This document shows, in pieces, positions 11,817 to 20,000 of a stretch of DNA of 20,000 bases; within the stretch, counting starts at the first letter, position 1; the number at the start of each line of letters is the position of its first letter. Position numbers and translations under genes: made by a program. A model generated the notes under the pieces. The model was given only the letters and a program-made list of their open reading frames with translations, was not told where the DNA came from and made no database searches. The stretch is from Rotaria socialis (lineage: Eukaryota), in the NCBI GenBank assembly GCA_905331295.1, contig CAJNYD010000019.1:107190-127189 (forward strand), read 5' to 3'.

Positions 11817-13301
11817 ATGAAAACTGAGAACGATATACGAGTTGTAGTTATTGGTCATCTTGACGATGAACAATCTATTGAACCAATCAATGAGAAATTA
11901 AATGAATATAAAATTCGTCTTAATGAACAATTAAAAACAATTCCTGAATTATATTCACAAGATGATGATCCCGATTCAGAATATATCGATGGTTTTCGAA
12001 TGAAATCTCGTTTTATTAAATCAAATCATCTGTTATCATTTACTAAAGAACAAGATCGCCTTATTGAAATAACAGAGCCAACACGACGTCAATCCTATAT
12101 TGATATTCATAAGCATTATCCAATAGGTTCATTTGATTTATGGATATTATCGGCTCGTTTAGAGCATGAATCAATGTCTGTAGATAATTGGTGGCGAGCT
12201 TATAAAACATTAACAGCACCATCAAAAATGAATAGTAAAGAAGAACAGATTCAATTATGTTGTGCGCCTGCTTTTAATCTACCTTTACCAAAACAGATTG
12301 CACGTCAAGCAGCTTGTTTAATAAAATTCTATGAGATGTTTAAAGCAAGTGTATTTTTAAGTGATCGGTCATCATCATCAACAAGTTTTTTATCAAGTAT
12401 AAGTCATATTATTCCAGCTATACAGCTATCATTTCGTCCTAAAATTCTTCAATGGTTTGATGAAAGAATTCACAATCATCAACGTTTAAAATATCTTTTA
12501 GATTCTAATTGTTTATGTCTAGTTGCTTGTGGATCGAAAAAGACTACATTTCGATATGATTTTTCACTGATTGAACTAAAGATTTTTAATCAATTCAATA
12601 CAAGTGAATGTCAATTGAATATATTTGTAAAACGATTTGCTGTTAAATATTTAAACTGTTCATTAGATAATTCTTTTCTTCGTACAAGCATTTTATGGAT
12701 ATGTGAAATTCATGATCTTGAAAATTATCATAATATATTTGAAGTTTGGGTATCATTTATGCGTGATGTATGTCGAAAACGTTATTTAGCACATTATTTT
12801 CTTGAAAATACGAATATTTTTGAAGAATATGCTGGTTTAGAAGATACAATTAGTACTTTAAATTATAAAAATATTGATCTATTTATTGACAAACTTGAAG
12901 AAAATCTTATTTTTCCTTATGTCTATCAATATAATGAACGGATGAAAAATTTATTAGAATTTTTCAACAATCTTCCTGTTATAGCTGTCAAAATGAAAAC
13001 GATCTATAATGTTATTGTTAAATCACAATTTCCTCGTGCTAACAATTCCCTACATGAAATATGTAGCCTACTTTGTCATTTATCATTTCTAGAAGACGAC
13101 GATAAAGATCATATAATTAGTTTTTGGGATCAACAATGGAGAAAATTATTTATTGATTTCGACCGAGATGATATTGTGCTTCAACAACGACTTGTCGACT
13201 ATCGCCCAAATCAATTAGCACAACACATGACAGAAAGTGTTTTGAAACTTATTCAAATAGATTTAATTCAAATGATTAATTTAATAAAATCAAATATGTA
13301 A
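11817..13301 (+). CDS. Mab-21/cGAS-like (cGLR) nucleotidyltransferase-fold protein, 494 aa, single coding exon
   Basis: Uninterrupted ORF. Residues ~197-336 match the Mab-21 family consensus in order: IIPAI..RP..LQW..R; CLVACGS; FRYDFSLIE (cf. WRxSFSxxE); SFLRTSILWICE (cf. SYxLKTxxxWxxE); and CRKRYLAHYFLENTNIF (cf. CL..LPHYF.P..NL). An upstream IGS (aa 103-105) is the candidate hGS loop. Confidence 0.75.
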   Translation: MKTENDIRVVVIGHLDDEQSIEPINEKLNEYKIRLNEQLKTIPELYSQDDDPDSEYIDGFRMKSRFIKSNHLLSFTKEQDRLIEITEPTRRQSYIDIHKHYPIGSFDLWILSARLEHESMSVDNWWRAYKTLTAPSKMNSKEEQIQLCCAPAFNLPLPKQIARQAACLIKFYEMFKASVFLSDRSSSSTSFLSSISHIIPAIQLSFRPKILQWFDERIHNHQRLKYLLDSNCLCLVACGSKKTTFRYDFSLIELKIFNQFNTSECQLNIFVKRFAVKYLNCSLDNSFLRTSILWICEIHDLENYHNIFEVWVSFMRDVCRKRYLAHYFLENTNIFEEYAGLEDTISTLNYKNIDLFIDKLEENLIFPYVYQYNERMKNLLEFFNNLPVIAVKMKTIYNVIVKSQFPRANNSLHEICSLLCHLSFLEDDDKDHIISFWDQQWRKLFIDFDRDDIVLQQRLVDYRPNQLAQHMTESVLKLIQIDLIQMINLIKSNM

Positions 13302-13316
13302 TAAAGAAAAAGAAAG

Positions 13317-13358
13317 CAACAACAACAACAACAACAACAGCAGCAACGACAACAACAA
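13317..13358 (+). repeat. Imperfect (CAA)n microsatellite between convergent genes
   Basis: CAA units interrupted by CAG/CGA, seen directly. Confidence 0.85.
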
Positions 13359-13441
13359 TAGGACAAGACTAGACTAGTTGGTGCAAAATAAAAATGATAT
13401 CACATTTGAAAGGAAAATGAAAATTTATATTTTTATTGAAT

Positions 13442-16400
13442 CTACTCATTTCGAGATTCAGCTAATTTTAATATAATTTGAACATATTTTTGTGTTTTAT
13501 CAAAATATGTTTTTGCTTCTTCTTCATAATTTTTTTGTGTTTTCTAAACAAAAGGTGATTTTATAACTATAAGAATGTTTTCTTCAACTATTGAATAATT
13601 ACTTTCGTTTGCGATTCATTATCATCAATATTATCAGTATTTTTAAGTAGTGAGGAGGAAAATGTTTCAATACGTTTCAATGCGCCATACATTGCTGTAT
13701 CAAGACATTTAATGCCAACCTATAAGTACAATATGATTATTATTTTATGATATTTTCATGAAGAAAATTTACAAGAAAATCTGCTTTTGTATTTATATTA
13801 AATAATGGTGCTAATCGCGAAAGAGGTTCCCATAAGTTGTTAATTTGACGCATGATTTCCAATGAAATTTCAAGGCATCTTTGTAAACAACGATTTTCAG
13901 TTATTTGTTTGCTATAAGAAAAGAATATATAAAAATTATTCATGTGTACCAGCAAGTTTTCATAGTTCTGGTTGTAACCTCGATGAATCTAATATATTTT
14001 CAGTGTAGAGAAATTTATTAAAGAACTTTATTCGTATCACATAGACAGGATTTCTTTAAAATACTTGTCTTATTTTTCATTGGATTTCCAGCAATTTTTA
14101 TTTATCTTCTTTCTTGCGTCCTAATCTTGAGATAAATTACGTTCAGATTGAGTACAATTTTTGTCTATTGATAATTCTCGATGTATCCTTTTTCAAAAAC
14201 CAAGATTCTCTCTTAATAACGTCAGATGTTATCAGAATTGCCCGCTGTAGTTTTTTCCCGATTTTAAACTTACAAATGTCTTTCTTCTTCATTAGTTTCT
14301 GTCATTTTTTGCACTGTCATATATGCATTCAGAAGTTCCGTATCAGTATCCACTGTTTCCATTAATGTTTTGGTGGCTGTATGTAATGGTGCAATAATTG
14401 CTCGCATTTCTGGTTCTAATGTTTCCCACTAATGAGTAAAAGAGGAAAAAAATGAATTAAATATATTTAAATGTTTTACTTTTCTCATTCCATATGTAAG
14501 TAATGCACACATTGTACCAAGTGCTGTGCCAAGTGTTGCTACAAGGGCTGTAACACAACTACCACCAGGCACTAATGCTCGCGCACTAACATGTTTAACT
14601 AATTCTTTTATTTCCATTGAATTAATCGTATCGTCACGACCTTCACGATCGCGTATAATATATTCAATGATACGTTCTTTGGGTACGAACGGTGCTATAG
14701 AATTTAAACCTAAGCGTTGAATAACTAAACGAAGTTTTTGATCTTCATCAAGAATAAATAAATTTTCTTTTTGAATAAAATAATCTGCAGCCATTAATAA
14801 TGGTCTCAATGGTACAAGACCAACTATTTGTGAACCACATAAACCGATATTCAACGATTCAGCTTCGGCTACACATTGTAAATACGCTGCATGTATATTT
14901 GTTATTTCAAAATCTGTTAAATTAAGTGAAATTTGAGATAAGTTTGCTTCTTCAAGCCACCAACCGAGACCTCGTACAGATTTTAATTTACCGGGCTACG
15001 CAACAAAACGAAAATTGATTTCTTTATTATATTCAGAGTTATTTTGTTTTAATATTTTTACTTCTTCTTTGCTTCGTCCTTCTTCACGAACATTTAATGC
15101 AATACGATGAGCTTGTTCTTTTGTACCAAGTAAATTGATATTGTATGCAATTAAAAATTTTCGTGCACCAACACATGTTGCGCCCCATGTCGGAAGGAAT
15201 TCAATTGGTCCTATTTAATAGTTATTTATTTATTTATATATATATAGAAAAAGAAATTGAAATCTTACCAAAATCAGGTTTCCATTCTGATTTTCGAATC
15301 TAAATAGAATTGAATAAAAAATAAACTAATTAGAGGTTAAAACTTCAAACACGATTAATGTAGATTTATTGTTGTAAATAAAGGATTTATGTGAAGTACG
15401 ATTCACTTTTCATTGTTTGGCGCTTCAAAAAATCCAATATGAAAGGTTTTATATGTTATCTACCAAGATGATGATTACTGATGTCATGATAACCAGCGAC
15501 GATAATGTACTTTAGTATCTGATCATACAGTCTATACTTAAACCAAGTTGAAAATTAATGTTTGGTAGACTCAGTATTGCACTCTAACTTTAGTGTGTCC
15601 TTCATACAGCGCCTACTAACTGACAAGGAAAAAGCACAGAAATTTTCGATTGTGCTCATTTGTGCTGAGGGGCTTCAAAATATTCAAAGACGGAGATATC
15701 TTAAATTTAGTTATGTTTTTATAATAGTCCTATATAATGCGTGGGTTCTGCGTAGAAATCTAATACACGCTGCGATTGTCAACGCCCTTTCTACGATGTG
15801 CATTATGAACTAAACAAGGAAAAGTTGTTCAGATTTCTATCTGAATACTCCAACAGTTGTTCTAGATCATGTTTGACAACACTTTACTTTGCTATATAGT
15901 GCTTCATATTCTCCTTCACGAATTTGAGATAGATCTCGACGATATTCTTGTTCTTGTGCTTCGCCATATAGATAAACAGGTACGCTAAGTTCCATAGATA
16001 AACGATCAGCAAATTCACGTGCTATCTCGATACAATCAGCCATAGTAGCATTTTGTACCGGTACAAATGGTACTACATCCTAACACAAAATGAATAGAGA
16101 AATAAATTTAATACATCAATCTAAGAAAATTGTTTTCCTATGTAGTCAGATTCATAGGTAATATTCATTGCTCTTTCCTAGTGAATAAATCAATCACAAC
16201 TTACCATTGCACCGATTCGTGGATGTTCGCCACTATGTTTTGTCATATCAATTAAATTGTACGCAGCTCGACCAGCAGCTAGTGCTGCTTCAATAACTGC
16301 TTGTGGATGCCCAACAAAGGCTAAAAATACAAGAGACAAATAAATTCATTGAATGTAATTATTTATTTATTTTTACTATAAATTGTTCGATTGGTTGACA

Positions 16401-16574
16401 ATCCTGGATCAATATCCAGTAAAGCAACACCTTCAACACCTGCAATAGCATGCGCAATTGTGTCAATAACCTATAAAAAATATAATCATATGGTTGACCT
16501 GAATGAAATTTATCAATTACCTCTTTTCGTTGGCCTTCGGAAAAATTTGGTACACATTCAATAACTTTTTGCAT
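13442..16574 (-). CDS. FTCD: Formimidoyltransferase-cyclodeaminase, ~554 aa, 11 exons
   Basis: Exons (minus strand) 16574-16521, 16470-16377, 16320-16205, 16079-15888, 15299-15269, 15210-15062, 14995-14480, 14428-14274, 13911-13773, 13719-13603 and 13543-13442. They total 1665 nt, all GT-AG and in frame. Hallmarks: [98 protein letters not shown] and PGG. Confidence 0.96.
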
Positions 16575-18629
16575 ATCGTTTATTAATAAACTTTAATACA
16601 ACAAAGAAAGGAAAATAGGTAAAGAAATATAGCAGCTGATGGTGTTACTTTTTGCTGTTGAATTTTTTCCTTTTTTTATTTCCCCTTTTCTGTTGTCGAT
16701 TGACAAAGACGTCTATGAAATATACACAATAGTTTCTTTTACTTTTCTGTCGCGTATTACTATGAATCCACAGTTGACGAGAAAGGAAGCTGTACACCCG
16801 ATGAAAGAACTATGTCACAATAGTTGCCAAGTTGCTTTTCACTTTTTTATTTTCTCTCCCTTTCTCCCTCTATTTTGCTCACCACCATTAAAATCATCAT
16901 CATTTTGTTCATGAATGAGAACGCCATAATAACGCTAAAGTAAGAACATTTTTTTTATCGAAGTAAAAATATAAAAGAAAAGAAACAGGGAAAGCAACTG
17001 CTGACAATTATTGCTTAGAGACGGGTGCTTTTATTACTTTAAAGTATAGGAAAATAACATTTCTTTCATTAAAACTTCCGAGTTTAAAAAAGAAGGAAAG
17101 CATTAAATTATAGATAATGTTCATAGTTTTATTAATTTAACGGGCATCTATAATTTCTAAACGATCAACCATTCTTGCTTTCAAATATTTTAGTTTTTAA
17201 TAGCATACTGGAAAATATTATACTCACGTTTGAAAGATTTTCAGTCAGAACCGATAGAATACTGTTTAATTTCCTTTGAATACGATTTAATAAAAATTTC
17301 ATTCGATGTATATTACAAACAAGCAAATATGGTGATAGAATTACATCTATTGTATTTCTTTCGTCTAAGAGTAATGTTTGTCTTTTATTTTCAATATGAC
17401 ATAGATGACAATGAATAAAATATGTACCCGTTTTTCCTTTTTGTTAAAAGAATATCAATAGAATATAATGGATTTATTCAAGTATCCATTATGCAATCAA
17501 GTTAAATTGACTAACTTTCATATCGCTAGGTTACATCATTACTTTAAAGAACGATTGCTTATCTATTTTTTGTAATTTGAAACAAATATTTCTTAATTGT
17601 GAAAGACATTACAAGGTTTATACTTTGATTTCTTTTTCAATTATCAACAGAACAGATGAATTTTGTTGTTCTGTATTCAATGATTTAAAAAACCATATAA
17701 CGAGACAACTTATAATAGCAACAAGAGTTCTATTCAACACGAACAAATGGAACTTTTTTCTCTACTATTTATGTGCATGTGCTCAATTTATTCTGCCACG
17801 GTTGGAAAATATGCCCGTTGGTTGAAATTAAATTGTAAGGAACAATTAGGTATATCAGGAAAACTAAAGAAAAGCTTGAAATACAAATGAATTTTTTTAG
17901 CGAGAAAGCTATTTCTGCATTCAACTGTTAAAATGATGTTAATAAAAAGGTGATGAATCATTCCGTACTCGTATCGGCTAGAAAAGTTTGCCGTTAGTAA
18001 AGGCTGCTGTTCAGCACTGTTGATTTTAGGCCAAAGAATAAATCTCAATGAAATACTTATGTATCGATAAATAAAGACTCTAGCGTGACAAGTGTATCGA
18101 AAGAAATAACAATCCAAAAAAAAACATAACTGGTAATATTTTATTTCTTCCAATTATGTATCTGTATCATGTATTGCTAAATAATCGTAATGGTATAGAA
18201 ATTCCTTTCATAATAAATTAAGTTCAATATTTTATAAGGAATGTTGTGTTGTCTCTATTACTCGGACGAATAAATATCATATCTGTTCTTCAGCACTCAA
18301 TATAGTTCGATTTTATACAAAGATACTTATGTAATTATTAAATATTCAAATTTAGTTTAATTTTAAAAATATTTTAGTCTCTAGATCAGTTATTTTCAAA
18401 GGCGAATCGCAACAGAAAATATTAATAATCATGAATGATAGCTTATCTTTTAAACCAATTCAGACATTGCTAAGTATTCGAATGATTTCTTAATGTATTG
18501 AAGCAATAATGGAAGTACATTAATCATTGATTAAAATTTCGATTCGTTCAATGCTGCATTTCAATCTGTGTAGCTTCATCATCAATAAGTCTGAAGATCC
18601 TTCTGTTGACTTACCTCAACTTTCTTTTT

Positions 18630-18997
18630 GTGTACTCAAAAATTAAGTACACTAGAATCGGTCAGTGTGTCCGTCCGTCCGTCCGTAGGCACGATAACTT
18701 TCGAAAGGAGAGTCAGATCGTGATGAAATTTTCCACACAGTTCAATCTCATGAATATTTCGGTCGAGTTCGAAGATGAGAAGGATCCGTCAAGAAATGGT
18801 TGAGTTATCGAAAAAATTGTCATTTTTGACCAGACCATCCCTGAGGAGGAGTACAGGGATTTGTTTTCAAAAAACAAATNNNNNNNNNNNNNNNNNNNNN
18901 NNNNNNNNNNNNNNNNNNNNNNNNNNNNNNNNNNNNNNNNNNNNNNNNNNNNNNNNNNNNNNNNNNNNNNNNNNNNNNNTCACGTCGTATTCTTTTT
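18630..18997 (+). mobile_element. DINE-1/Helentron-associated (HINE)-like non-autonomous element, interrupted by an assembly gap
   Basis: Starts after a T-run with a short inverted repeat GTGTACT-N9-AGTACAC (18630-18652), followed by a (GTCC)4 microsatellite (18669-18686) and a GATGAAATTTTCCACAC core. This is the layout known for DINE-1/HINE elements. TTCTTTTT occurs at both 18622-18629 and 18990-18997. The right end is uncertain because of the gap. Confidence 0.7.
18880..18979. other. Scaffold gap (100 N)
   Basis: A run of exactly 100 N, probably a placeholder of unknown true size. Confidence 0.99.
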
Positions 18998-19509
18998 GCC
19001 GTTAGTGACACACAATCGGGAACATCGATTGCCATCCGAACACGTCCGAGAAAGTATGTGCGTTTGCACGCGTTATTAAAATTTTTTGTCTGCTTGGGTA
19101 GTTGAAAGATATTCAAACAAAACTATAGAAGAAAAAGAAAAAAAAGATACGAAAAGTAACATACAAAGTTCTCAAAAAGAGAGTATACTGTATCGCACAC
19201 GTCACATAAACTGAAATCGACAACCACGCATCATCAAAGTTTTCACAAAAATTTTGATGAGAATTATTTAACTGTGGTGAGTAGTTTATTCAAACAATTT
19301 GAATAGTAAATCATATTCACTGGAAATTCATAGCTATATGCTGCAAATAGGATCGAATAATTAAGGAAGATGAAGACAAAAATGAGATCAAACCCAGTGG
19401 CCGATGCTAGATTAGTAAATTGACTGACAAAAGTGTCTCGCTTAGCTGTTTGTCGGCTGAATTCTTTGCACTAATAAAAGCAACAACTGATACGTAATAA
19501 CGCGTCATA

Positions 19510-19864
19510 ATTATCAGCGTAATAAATACCGACCCAAAGATATTACTTAGAACTTTTCAGTATCTATCCAGGAGGATTTATTATGGCTACTTACGACCTA
19601 CCGGGAGATCGTATTGGACGCTTCCAGGATCAGACCAGAACTAGCCCCTATAGCTATTAGGAGCCTACCTATAGATGATACTCAGAACGTTTTGAGAATC
19701 ATATAAGGGTAATACTTAGAAGTGTTTTGAGCCTAGCCAATGGTGGTACTTAGAAATTCTAAGGACTCAGTCAGAGGGAGTAGTCAAAAGTTTTAGGACC
19801 TACCTAGGGATGGTCTCTTTAGCTATTTGGGATCTACTCATAGATGATACTTAGAACTTTTGGG
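19510..19864. repeat. Degenerate 33-34 bp tandem repeat (minisatellite), ~10 units
   Basis: Unit starts at 19544, 19578, 19611, 19645, 19679, 19713, 19747, 19781, 19814 and 19848, plus a partial unit from ~19510. The approximate consensus is TACTTAGAACTTTTTGGGACCTACCCATAGATGR. Confidence 0.8.
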
Positions 19865-19876
19865 TGTGGGTGTGGG
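19861..19876 (+). repeat. Short telomere-like tract TGGG(TGTGGG)2
   Basis: TGGGTGTGGGTGTGGG seen directly. It is the reverse complement of the array at 19922-20000. Confidence 0.75.
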
Positions 19877-19921
19877 CAATCTTCGCATTAACAACCCCGC
19901 CGACTCCTATACCTTCACGCT

Positions 19922-20000
19922 CACCCACACCCACACCCACACCCACACCCACACCCACACCCACACACCCACACCCACACCCACACCCACACACCCACAC
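19922..20000 (-). repeat. (CCCACA)n = (TGTGGG)n telomere-like hexamer array running off the window end
   Basis: About 13 units with two CCCACACA variants. TGTGGG is the telomeric repeat known from the bdelloid Adineta vaga. Whether it is telomeric at this locus is inference. Confidence 0.85.

Noticed and set aside
13950..13988. Possible 39-nt in-frame cassette exon in FTCD intron 8
   Set aside because: It has AG/GT borders, but direct splicing 14274 to 13911 already matches FTCD without an insertion, and the downstream intron would be only 38 nt.
15468..15522. Box C/D snoRNA-like motifs (ATGATGA...CTGA...ATGATAA...CTGA)
   Set aside because: It is antisense to the host FTCD intron, short, has no convincing terminal stem, and has no recognisable rRNA guide.
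16639..18153. Short ORFs upstream of FTCD
   Set aside because: F/I/L/K-rich products typical of AT-rich non-coding DNA, and no coherent exon chain was found.
18606..19116. ORFs around the N gap
   Set aside because: They lie in the HINE-like element, and most are artefacts of reading through Ns.
19544..19864. CRISPR-like repeat/spacer array
   Set aside because: The 'spacer' halves resemble each other (CCTACC/ATAGATGA), the heads are short and variable, no cas genes are present, and the context is eukaryotic. It is a degenerate tandem repeat.
19000..20000. Hammerhead ribozyme of a Penelope/Athena pLTR
   Set aside because: I found no CTGANGA...GAAA core with flanking stems on either strand by eye.

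Overview
This is AT-rich eukaryotic (metazoan) genomic DNA with many short GT-AG introns of about 50-65 bp. The gene style and a terminal TGTGGG/CCCACA hexamer array suggest a bdelloid rotifer (inference). From left to right the window holds: (1) the 3' part of a multi-exon Cys-rich repeat gene with an apparent frameshift; (2) an 8-exon WS/DGAT-family acyltransferase-like gene (~814 aa) whose HHxxxDG motif reads HPVLSDG and which has a coiled-coil tail; (3) a decayed secreted VWA-domain pseudogene; (4) a 443-bp hAT-type MITE with TIRs and an 8-bp TSD; (5) an uninterrupted 494-aa Mab-21/cGAS-like ORF with a degenerate catalytic triad, tail-to-tail with (6) an 11-exon FTCD gene on the minus strand; (7) a DINE-1/Helentron-like element spanning a 100-N gap; and (8) a degenerate 34-bp tandem array that runs directly into (TGTGGG)n, then a 45-bp spacer, then an inverted (CCCACA)n tract at the window end. 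All gene models and family calls were made by hand; no database search was run.
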